A stretch of DNA of 37,131 bases from a virus (lineage: Duplodnaviria; Caudoviricetes): the IMG/VR virus record IMGVR_UViG_3300005805_005005, positions 1 to 37,131 of that record; one strand, written 5' to 3'. Under the pieces are notes generated by a model that did no database searches, was not told the DNA's origin, and worked only from the letters and a program-made list of their open reading frames with translations. Position numbers and translations under genes: made by a program. This document shows positions 29,032 through 37,130 of the stretch, piece after piece. Within the stretch, counting starts at the first letter, position 1; the number at the start of each line of letters is the position of its first letter.

Positions 29032-32000
29032 ATGTAACTGATATAAATTTATTGTTTAATGGTGTTCTTCAAGAACAGCAACATATAGATGAATTTAATC
29101 GTATGCTTTTTTCTTTAGATGAGAGAAAACGCAAAAAGTGTACAATTTATCCTACAGATTCAGCCCATAAGATTAGGAAAAAGTGTAAAAAGGCACGGAT
29201 ATGGGGATTGCACTACGCACCTGTATGGGATAGATATGTCGGTGGAACCACTACACCAGATACTACTAGTGATTCTGGTGAAGCAGATGTCGGCGGTGAT
29301 ACAGCAGCTGCTGGTGGCGACGGGGGTGTTGCAGAAATACAAGGTAGTAGACTGGTATATCCGAACTCAATTGGTCCAGAGCACGATGCTGAATTTACAA
29401 ATGAGCAGTATCTGAAACCAATAATATATACATACCCAGATACAGACTATGAGTGGTATGAAGCTGAACGATATCCTGAATTTAAGTTAGCTGGAAAAGA
29501 TAAGTGGGAAGAATTAATTCAAGCTGGAGAAGTGGTTCCGTTTAGTGCATTAGGAGATGTAAACAATCACGACCCAGAACTGAAAAATTTAAACCCAGAT
29601 AAAGTTAAAAATGTCAGTTTACAAATCAAGAGTGGTGAAGTAGAATTACCTATTGTTGGTGAATGGCCTGATGGGGAATACGAACTCATCTCTGGTAATA
29701 CTCGTATAGCTATCTTAAGTAGATTAGGATATGATCCAGAAGTACTATTAATCAGTATTCCATCTAAAAAAAGACGTAAAGCTCCATCAACTAGAAAAAA
29801 GACTAAGCCGAAAGGCAAGCCAGCACCAAAGAAAACACCGTCAAAAGAAAAACCAAAGTCGAGTACAGAACGAGTACGTCGATACTATAAACGTCATCCA
29901 GAAAAGGTCCGTAAGTATTTAAAAAAGACACAAGACGATAGAGTAAAACGTAACGGTGACCGTGCAAAAGCAGTAAAGAAATATGGTGAAAAGAAAATGA
30001 AAAACCACGATGTCCATCATCCGAACGGGGTAAATGGTGGCGGTTGGCGTTTGGCAAAGAAAGACCACGGACGGGATAAAAAGAATGAAAACGTGGAATA
30101 CGTCTACCTTTCAGAATTAATGGAAGGATTGGCACCAAACGGCCCGTGGATACTATTAACCGAAGGTGGTGCCGCTGGACACTTAGCACATCCTTACGAA
30201 GATAACGACTTGACATTTAAAGATGTCAAAGAAATGATTAAACGTGGATTGGTCGGTGGATTGGACGCAGAAGCCGCGGTTACGGAAAAACTTGACGGAC
30301 AGAATATTATGTTCACCGTCCGTGATGGAAACATATTGTTTGCAAGAAATAAAAGTCAAGTAAAAAACAAAGGTAAGAACGCATTGGATGTCGCTGGTAT
30401 TCGTAGTATGTTTGCCGGTAGAGGAGATATATTAAAAGCGTTTGGGTCAGCCGCTGAAGATTTACAATCAGCAGTAAACGCATTACCAGAAGAGGAACGA
30501 CAACAGATGTTTGCTGACGGTAGCAAATTTATGAACGTAGAAATTGTATTTCCAGATACCAAGAATGTTATTCCGTATGATAAAAATGTATTAGTATTTC
30601 ACGGTACAGTATCATACGATGACGAGGGAAATGAAATTGGACGAGATATATCTGATGGAAAGACATTATCTGATAATTTAACCAGAGTGAACGCCCAACA
30701 ACAAAAGACTTTCGGATTATCGGGTCCACGTAGTATCGCATTCAGTGATGCAGAAACAGCAGAAAATATTAAGAAGATGAAAGAATATGGAAGAACGGTA
30801 TCCCGTATTCAAGACGAGTTCAAATTAGATGATAATGATACTATAGCAGATTATAAAACATCGTGGTGGTCGCGTGAAATAGATAGTATGGGAGTGGACT
30901 GGACGCCCGAGGAAAAGGAAGGACTTGTACGTAGATGGGCATTGGGTGATAAAAAGTTTGGTGTAAAAAATATTGAAGATGCACAGAAAAAGAAAATATT
31001 CAGAGAGTACGAAGCAAACACATTGAAGAGAGCACAAAAAACAGCCACACGTCCTTTGGAACGAGTGTTCTTGCGATTGGGTGCGGATACGTTAAAACGA
31101 GTCAGTAATTTCTTGTCAGCAAATAATCCAGAAATAGCAGCAGAATTGAAACGAGAATTACTGGCTACTATTAAAACAATACAAGAAACTGGTGACGAAT
31201 CAAAATTACAAAAACTTCAGACGGAGATAGAACGACTTGAAGATATTGGAGTCGATAATATAGTACCGTCCGAAGGAATTGTATTTATGTATAAAGGTAA
31301 TCCGTATAAATTTACAGGCGCATTCGCTCCAGTTAATCAAATACTTGGTACACTGAAGTTTGCAAAGGGTAAGACGGAAGAGACGGAAGAAGTTCCAGAA
31401 CCAGCAGAAGAACCAAAAGCTTCCACAAAGACAGAACCCACGGATGTGAAGGAACCACCCGCCGAAGAGCCAAGAAAAACTGTTGCAATATTCACGGGAA
31501 GATTCCAACCGTTCCACGCTGGTCATTATAGTGTATATCGTGCTATGGTTGAAAAGTTTGGAAAGGAAAACGTATATATCGCCACCAGTAATAAAACAGA
31601 TTCTATTACTTCTCCATTTGGATTCTCTGATAAGAAAGAAATTATGATGAAGATGTTTAAAATTCCAGAATCACGAATTGTTCAAGTAAAGAATCCATAT
31701 GCTCCAAAAGAAATATTAGAAAAAATGCCAGATAATACGGTATATGTAACCGCAGTCAGTCAAAAAGACTCGGACAGATTGACTGGTGGTAAATATTTCA
31801 AATCATACGAAGACACGCCTTCAGCTGAACGTAAAGGATATGGAGAAGCCGGATATTTTATGATTGCACCAGAAATGCAATTACAGTTGAATGGAAAAAA
31901 TATTAGTGGTACTCAAATACGTGAATTGATGGGTAGCCCAAATATTACGGATAGAGCAAAACAAGAAATATTTACTCGTATATATGGACAATTTGATAAA

Positions 32001-32399
32001 AAATTGTTTGATAAAATTGTACGAACAACTACCCAATCAGAGGAAGCTAAACAATTGACCGCTACTCACGGTTCACCGACAAATAAAGCACAAGCAAGAA
32101 TGAAACCACAAGAACAACCAGAAGTTCCACAGCTACAAGCACAACCACAAGCACAACCACCAGAAGAACAACCAGTAGCTGGACAAGAACCACAGCCGAC
32201 CGGACAACCGACAGCTGTGGTAGACCCAACGCAACAAATGGCTGCAGCTCCGACACAAGAACCACCGGCAGAAAGAGACACATACCAACCAGGAGAAACA
32301 TGGGAAACTGGTGCTGGATACTATGGAGCAAAAAATAGTAGTGGGGTCACAAGATATTATACCACAGCACAATCGGCATTAAGATATTCACAAACGTGA
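29028..32399 (+). CDS. Multi-module protein: ParB/Srx-like, basic/degenerate HNH-like, ligase-fold nucleotidyltransferase, HxGH cytidyltransferase-like, P/Q-rich tail
   Basis: LPIV...YELISGNTR; HDVHH; EGGAAGHLAHP, TEKLDGQN, NVEIV, SEGIVF and YKFTG; AIFTGRFQPFHAGH, SPF, V.NPY, KD.DR and ISGTQIR. Confidence 0.75.
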   Translation: MNVTDINLLFNGVLQEQQHIDEFNRMLFSLDERKRKKCTIYPTDSAHKIRKKCKKARIWGLHYAPVWDRYVGGTTTPDTTSDSGEADVGGDTAAAGGDGGVAEIQGSRLVYPNSIGPEHDAEFTNEQYLKPIIYTYPDTDYEWYEAERYPEFKLAGKDKWEELIQAGEVVPFSALGDVNNHDPELKNLNPDKVKNVSLQIKSGEVELPIVGEWPDGEYELISGNTRIAILSRLGYDPEVLLISIPSKKRRKAPSTRKKTKPKGKPAPKKTPSKEKPKSSTERVRRYYKRHPEKVRKYLKKTQDDRVKRNGDRAKAVKKYGEKKMKNHDVHHPNGVNGGGWRLAKKDHGRDKKNENVEYVYLSELMEGLAPNGPWILLTEGGAAGHLAHPYEDNDLTFKDVKEMIKRGLVGGLDAEAAVTEKLDGQNIMFTVRDGNILFARNKSQVKNKGKNALDVAGIRSMFAGRGDILKAFGSAAEDLQSAVNALPEEERQQMFADGSKFMNVEIVFPDTKNVIPYDKNVLVFHGTVSYDDEGNEIGRDISDGKTLSDNLTRVNAQQQKTFGLSGPRSIAFSDAETAENIKKMKEYGRTVSRIQDEFKLDDNDTIADYKTSWWSREIDSMGVDWTPEEKEGLVRRWALGDKKFGVKNIEDAQKKKIFREYEANTLKRAQKTATRPLERVFLRLGADTLKRVSNFLSANNPEIAAELKRELLATIKTIQETGDESKLQKLQTEIERLEDIGVDNIVPSEGIVFMYKGNPYKFTGAFAPVNQILGTLKFAKGKTEETEEVPEPAEEPKASTKTEPTDVKEPPAEEPRKTVAIFTGRFQPFHAGHYSVYRAMVEKFGKENVYIATSNKTDSITSPFGFSDKKEIMMKMFKIPESRIVQVKNPYAPKEILEKMPDNTVYVTAVSQKDSDRLTGGKYFKSYEDTPSAERKGYGEAGYFMIAPEMQLQLNGKNISGTQIRELMGSPNITDRAKQEIFTRIYGQFDKKLFDKIVRTTTQSEEAKQLTATHGSPTNKAQARMKPQEQPEVPQLQAQPQAQPPEEQPVAGQEPQPTGQPTAVVDPTQQMAAAPTQEPPAERDTYQPGETWETGAGYYGAKNSSGVTRYYTTAQSALRYSQT

Positions 32400-32406
32400 G
32401 GTTATT

Positions 32407-33051
32407 ATGTTTAAAAATGAAGAAGCATTAAATGATGTTCGTCGTAAAGTAGCAGAAAAAATGAATAAGGATGGTAATAAACTGGTTTTTGGCTGGAGAG
32501 GAGAACCAGAACCTACACGTAAAGAAGGTGATGTGTGGGAAGATGTAAACGGTAAAAAATGGACAATAAAAAATGGTATTAGACAGTCTATAACAAAATT
32601 AGATGGGGCTAAAACTCCACATTGGTGTCCAAAATGTAGTAAACCAATGAATCATCGATTTGATGTCAAGTTTTGGAGAATTCGTGGTCATTGTTATGAT
32701 TGTAATATCAAAGCAGAAAGTAAAATGCGTAAAGAAGGTACATGGGAAAAGTTTGAACAAAATATGATGCTGAGAAATTATATTGCAGAAGTTAAGGATA
32801 AAATTGCAGAACTTCAGTCATATTATGATTCATTTTCGGCTCCAGAATTTTTGTTAATGGACGAACACGAAAAGAAAGTATTAATGTGGGAAAAGTGGAA
32901 CATAGATGAAACACAAGTTAAAGCAGATTTACTTAGAGATATTGAATTACTTAAAGAAAATTTAAGAATTACTATAGAAAAATACGGTACTGGAGAAGAT
33001 GATGAAATTAAAGTTGAAGAAGTTTCTAGAAGCGACGAAGTTAACAGCTGA
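32407..33051 (+). CDS. Hypothetical phage protein with a zinc ribbon
   Basis: RKEGDVWE..GKKWTIKNGI and CPKC...HCYDC. GAGG RBS. Confidence 0.7.
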   Translation: MFKNEEALNDVRRKVAEKMNKDGNKLVFGWRGEPEPTRKEGDVWEDVNGKKWTIKNGIRQSITKLDGAKTPHWCPKCSKPMNHRFDVKFWRIRGHCYDCNIKAESKMRKEGTWEKFEQNMMLRNYIAEVKDKIAELQSYYDSFSAPEFLLMDEHEKKVLMWEKWNIDETQVKADLLRDIELLKENLRITIEKYGTGEDDEIKVEEVSRSDEVNS

Positions 33052-33655
33052 GACATTAACTGCTCTCATGCCGTACATTAAATTGGTTCTCACTGCGTTA
33101 GCAACATTTGCAATAGTAATGGTTGTCAATACGAGTTATTTTGACAAGAAAGAACAATCTTACCTAGCCCAAATGAGAGAATTCAAAGAACAATCCGAAC
33201 TCGCATCTAAATATGCAGACAGTCTTGCAACTGAGGTTGTTATACAAGAAAATAATGCTCGTGCTGCCATGGCTCGGGCAGAAACCGCACAACAGGTGGC
33301 ATTATTATCTCGTACCAGAACGGCAGCATTACGTGAAGATTTGGACTCGTTGAAGGAGACTATTACGGACTCAACTGAAATGGCACGTTTAATTATTCCT
33401 AAACAAGATTCTATTATCAGTCAACAAACCGTAACAATCAGTAGCCAAGTAACCGCAATTGAAAATTTAAACAATGCAATCGTCAACAAAGATTCAACTA
33501 TCACACTCTTAACACTTTCCCGTGATAGTCTCCAACGAGTAGTTAAAAACATACCAACTCCACCAAAACCACCAATCTTTCCAAAGATTACCCGCAAACA
33601 AGCATTTGTCGGTGGTGTCATCGGTGGAATATTATTGAAAGTATTCGTATTCTAA
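33002..33655 (+). CDS. Membrane-anchored coiled-coil protein (possible spanin-like lysis protein)
   Basis: GGAG (32992-32995) is best spaced to the ATG at 33002. N-terminal TM, coiled coil, PTPPKPP and a C-terminal hydrophobic helix. Confidence 0.55.
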   Translation: MKLKLKKFLEATKLTAETLTALMPYIKLVLTALATFAIVMVVNTSYFDKKEQSYLAQMREFKEQSELASKYADSLATEVVIQENNARAAMARAETAQQVALLSRTRTAALREDLDSLKETITDSTEMARLIIPKQDSIISQQTVTISSQVTAIENLNNAIVNKDSTITLLTLSRDSLQRVVKNIPTPPKPPIFPKITRKQAFVGGVIGGILLKVFVF

Positions 33656-33664
33656 GAGGTTCTT

Positions 33665-35251
33665 ATGAACGCTACGGCGCAACAGTTACGTGACAAAATA
33701 AAAGAAGAATTTAAGAAGTGTGCGTTAGACCCTTCGTATTTTCTTTCACGATATTCATACATCCAACACCCGATTCGTGGTCGGGTGTTGTTTGATTTAT
33801 ATCACTATCAAAAAGACGCACTAAAAGATTTTGAACAAAGTGATTACAACATTGTTCTTAAGGGTCGTCAGATTGGTATTTCTACGTTGGTCGCAGGGTA
33901 CGCATTATGGTTGATGTTATTTCACAAAGATAAGAACATCCTTGTTATCGCAACAAAACAAGAAACCGCAAAGAACTTGGTGACCAAAGTAAAGTTTATG
34001 CATCAAAATCTTCCAGTATGGTTACGTGGAAATGTAATTACAGATAATAAATTGTCTTTACAATTTTCTAATGGGTCACAAATTAAAGCGGTAGCTTCCA
34101 GTCCAGATGCAGGTCGTTCTGAAGCATTGTCATTATTGATTCTCGACGAATGTGCATTCATCGATGACGCAGAAATCATCTGGACAGCGGCATCCAGTAC
34201 GTTATCCACGGGTGGAAAAGCAATTCTATTGTCTACTCCAAATGGTGTTGGTAACTTCTTCCATAAGATGTGGCAACAAGCAGAATCCAAGTCAAACGGA
34301 TTTAATCCTATATTATTGGATTGGAGAGTTCACCCAGAACGTGACCAAGCATGGCGTGACCGTCAAACGGAACTGATGGGTGAAATGCAAGCAATTCAAG
34401 AGCATGACGCGTCTTTTATATTTTCTGGTAACAATGTCATCCCCGCAGAAATTCTTGAATTTTATAAATCTTCGTTTGTACAAGACCCTATAACCAAAGG
34501 CGGGTTTGACGGAAATACGTGGATATGGGAATACCCTCAATCTGGAAAGTCTTATATAGTTTGTGCTGACGTAGCTCGTGGCGATGGTGAGGATTACTCT
34601 ACTTTCCACGTAATTGACGTAGAACGGTCAATACAAGTAGCAGAATATAAAGGGAAAGTCGAAACCAAACAGTTCGGCAATATGTTGGTGTCCATCGCAA
34701 CGGAATATAATGACGCTCTCCTTATCCCAGACAATAGCAGTATAGGATGGAATGCTATCCAACAAATTATTGACCGTGGGTACAAAAATCTCTTTTATAT
34801 GTCCAGAGACTTACAATATGTGGACGTAGAACACCAGATGACTGGAAAATATCATAAGGAAGAACGGGGTATGGTGCCTGGATTTATGATTTCCCAGCGT
34901 ACTCGCCCGCTTATTATTAACCGATTGAAGGAATATATGTTAGATAATTCCTTCACCATTCGGTCAAGTCGGTTAATAGCAGAATTAGAGACGTTTATTT
35001 GGAAAAGTGGAAGACCTGAGGCTCTGTCGGGGTACAATGACGACTTAGTGTTGGCATTATGTATCGGATTATGGGTACGGGACACGGCACTTCGGTTACG
35101 TCAAGAGGGAATTGAATTGACTAAATTAGCATTAGATAAATCATCTTATAGTCAAACCGGAGCGGGAATATACTTTGGAAATCAACAAAAGACAAACCAA
35201 TATGAAATGGAAATCGCAGGAAATAAGGAAGATATTCGATGGTTATTGTAA
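33665..35251 (+). CDS. terL: Terminase large subunit (T4 gp17-like)
   Basis: LYHYQ, Walker A KGRQIGIST, Walker B LLILDECAF, STPNG, nuclease ADVARG.G.DYS and NDDLVLA. Confidence 0.95.
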   Translation: MNATAQQLRDKIKEEFKKCALDPSYFLSRYSYIQHPIRGRVLFDLYHYQKDALKDFEQSDYNIVLKGRQIGISTLVAGYALWLMLFHKDKNILVIATKQETAKNLVTKVKFMHQNLPVWLRGNVITDNKLSLQFSNGSQIKAVASSPDAGRSEALSLLILDECAFIDDAEIIWTAASSTLSTGGKAILLSTPNGVGNFFHKMWQQAESKSNGFNPILLDWRVHPERDQAWRDRQTELMGEMQAIQEHDASFIFSGNNVIPAEILEFYKSSFVQDPITKGGFDGNTWIWEYPQSGKSYIVCADVARGDGEDYSTFHVIDVERSIQVAEYKGKVETKQFGNMLVSIATEYNDALLIPDNSSIGWNAIQQIIDRGYKNLFYMSRDLQYVDVEHQMTGKYHKEERGMVPGFMISQRTRPLIINRLKEYMLDNSFTIRSSRLIAELETFIWKSGRPEALSGYNDDLVLALCIGLWVRDTALRLRQEGIELTKLALDKSSYSQTGAGIYFGNQQKTNQYEMEIAGNKEDIRWLL

Positions 35252-35259
35252 ATACATTA

Positions 35260-35267
35260 TACTTATA
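35260..35267 (+). promoter_or_regulatory. Putative late promoter TACTTATA
   Basis: Intergenic, 39 nt before the ATG at 35307. Flanked by the imperfect inverted repeat AATACATTA / TAGTGTCATT. Confidence 0.55.
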
Positions 35268-35306
35268 TAGTAGTGTCATTATATACAATATTTTCTGGTA
35301 ATACAT

Positions 35307-35819
35307 ATGGATAAACTTCGTCAGATAATTCGTGAAGAACTTAGTCAAGTTCTTAAAGAACAGGCACTAAACTGGTGGCACAAGCCAGCTGAAGCTGAAT
35401 TGGATGCACATATATATCCTCACCAAGTCCACGAAGAAAAAGAAAAGAGGAAGAGAGCCCGTATCGGCAAAAGCGACAGAACAGGCACGTGGACATCAGC
35501 CGGCACCGTCCCATACGAGCAAGGACGAGAAATGTCCGACGAACAGATAAAAAATAGAAAAGAAATTGGTAAAAAGATGTTAAATGTGTTGCGTAGAGGT
35601 GGTGAAGTAGGAAACAAGTTTAGAAAAAAGCTAATCGCACAGCTTGTAAAAAGAAAAAAACCAACAAACAGACAATATCAGTATTCTATGGTTTGGGCAA
35701 ATGCATCTTCTGTTGCGTTAAATGGTGGTACCGCTGCTAGTTGGACGCCCGATAAGGAAGATAAGAAAAAGGATAAAAAATTAAAGCAAGACCAAGCATC
35801 ACAAGCTGAAGAACAATAA
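35307..35819 (+). CDS. Basic hypothetical protein, possible internal head protein
   Basis: N-terminal KLRQIIREELSQVLKE followed by a K/R-rich body. Confidence 0.6.
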   Translation: MDKLRQIIREELSQVLKEQALNWWHKPAEAELDAHIYPHQVHEEKEKRKRARIGKSDRTGTWTSAGTVPYEQGREMSDEQIKNRKEIGKKMLNVLRRGGEVGNKFRKKLIAQLVKRKKPTNRQYQYSMVWANASSVALNGGTAASWTPDKEDKKKDKKLKQDQASQAEEQ

Positions 35820-35838
35820 AATAATTCGGAGATAGCAT

Positions 35839-36588
35839 ATGATACGGTTGTCGGGACTAGTAACAATACCAGCATTAAGTGAAGAAAAGGGTGAAAAATG
35901 GATTCAAAAAGCCATTGAAAAGCCCGGTGCTTTACGTAAGTCATTGAAAGTCAAAGCTGGAAAGAATATACCTGCCGGAAAGTTAGAAAAAGCTGCCAAA
36001 AAAGGTGGAAAGCTTGGTAAGCGTGCACGGTTAGCAATGACATTAAAGAAGTTGCATGAACAAGATAACCTATCAGAAGAACAACGTAGTAAAGTAGAAG
36101 AATTAATGGAAAGAACAGAAAACCAATTTCCAGCCGAATCCAGTATTAATGAAGATGTCAATGGTGCCATCGACAATATGGAAAGTGACCAAAGTGAAGA
36201 TGACCACGAAGGTAGTATGGCAAAGGCTGACCTTCTTGCTCTTCACAAGCAAGCCGGTGAACTTTACAATATGATTGGTGAAGATGAACAACTTGAAGGC
36301 TGGGTCCAATCAAAGATTACTAAGGCAGCTGATTATATTAGTTCTGTTTATAATAATATGCAATATGAAAAGAATAAGCCAACTTCTGTTGGAAATGGCA
36401 TGGGCGCTCCAGCTGACGCTGACCAAGGACTTAATGAAGAAGTCATCGAAGAAAAAGCTCCAGAAGGTTGGGAAGCAACGGTCAAGCGTATGAAGAAGCA
36501 TAAGGAAATTGATAATCCTTGGGCATTAGCACATTGGATGAAGAGTAAGGGATATCATCCACATGCTGGTAAAAAGGATAAAAAGTAA
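35839..36588 (+). CDS. Modular hypothetical protein, possible internal head protein
   Basis: GGAG RBS. Three modules (KWIQKAIEKPGALR; DHEGSMAK...WVQSKIT; KAPEGWE...NPWALA) are separated by acidic (L/I)xE linkers. Confidence 0.65.
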   Translation: MIRLSGLVTIPALSEEKGEKWIQKAIEKPGALRKSLKVKAGKNIPAGKLEKAAKKGGKLGKRARLAMTLKKLHEQDNLSEEQRSKVEELMERTENQFPAESSINEDVNGAIDNMESDQSEDDHEGSMAKADLLALHKQAGELYNMIGEDEQLEGWVQSKITKAADYISSVYNNMQYEKNKPTSVGNGMGAPADADQGLNEEVIEEKAPEGWEATVKRMKKHKEIDNPWALAHWMKSKGYHPHAGKKDKK

Positions 36589-36590
36589 TT

Positions 36591-36953
36591 ATGGATACCG
36601 TCGCAAAGTTCATTTCAACACTACTTCACAGTAGAGAACAGGCCCATATTTTTCATCTTCAAACACAATCGTATGCCGCACATAAAGCATTACAAGGATA
36701 TTACGAAGATATTGTGGACTTAATTGATACCTACGTTGAGTCTTATCAAGGTCGGTATGGTATTCTCACGGGATATACTCCTGCTTCTCAAATTTATGAA
36801 GAAGCTGCAACATTAAAGTATTTTATTGGTTTACAATCATTTGTAGACACCGTTCGGGAAGAATTACCGGCGGACGGTGAACTCAATAATACCGTAGATG
36901 AAATTTCTGGTTTGATTTCAAGTACGGTTTACAAACTAAGATTTTTACAATAA
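36591..36953 (+). CDS. Small ferritin/Dps-like four-helix protein (DUF5856-like)
   Basis: AHIFHLQT.SYAAHKAL..YY..I.DL.D..VE.YQG and DEI...YKL resemble the Dps ferroxidase pattern. Confidence 0.7.
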   Translation: MDTVAKFISTLLHSREQAHIFHLQTQSYAAHKALQGYYEDIVDLIDTYVESYQGRYGILTGYTPASQIYEEAATLKYFIGLQSFVDTVREELPADGELNNTVDEISGLISSTVYKLRFLQ

Positions 36954-36962
36954 TTAAGGAAA

Positions 36963-37130
36963 TTATATGTCACTGTCTCTTTCCGAGGGACTCATATAAA
37001 GGTCTTCTACAGCTTTATTTATTTTAGTTACGTATTCGGCAAATTCTTTCCAATCATTTTCGTTAAATGAAGATGGCCTTGCATGCTGCAAGGTTAAACG
37101 AATTTTATTTTCGTCTAATTCGTAATTAAA
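36963..37130 (-). CDS. 3' end of a convergent minus-strand gene (truncated by the window edge)
   Basis: The frame is open from the window end, FNYELDENKIRLTLQHARPSSFNENDWKEFAEYVTKINKAVEDLYMSPSERDSDI*. Its stop lies 9 nt from the stop of the Dps-like gene. Confidence 0.6.
   Translation of the reverse strand, partial: FNYELDENKIRLTLQHARPSSFNENDWKEFAEYVTKINKAVEDLYMSPSERDSDI

Noticed and set aside
30000-30080. HDVHH segment as an active homing endonuclease, intein or intron
   Set aside because: The downstream Asn/His residues of HNH are not evident, there are no intein terminal motifs, and the frame is uninterrupted.
32135-32158. Tandem 12-nt repeat ACAAGCACAACC x2
   Set aside because: It simply encodes the low-complexity QAQP linker. 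There is no spacer structure, so it is not CRISPR.
31-36501. The many 60-250 aa minus-strand and nested alternative-frame ORFs in the track (for example 7104-7844, 14306-14881, 9389-9871, 24552-24905)
   Set aside because: They lie inside well-supported + genes, lack recognisable motifs, and read as antisense or frame shadows.
36967-36999. AAGGA plus a 10-codon + ORF (MSLSLSEGLI*) and a weak hairpin
   Set aside because: It overlaps the 3' end of the more credible minus-strand gene and is too short to support.
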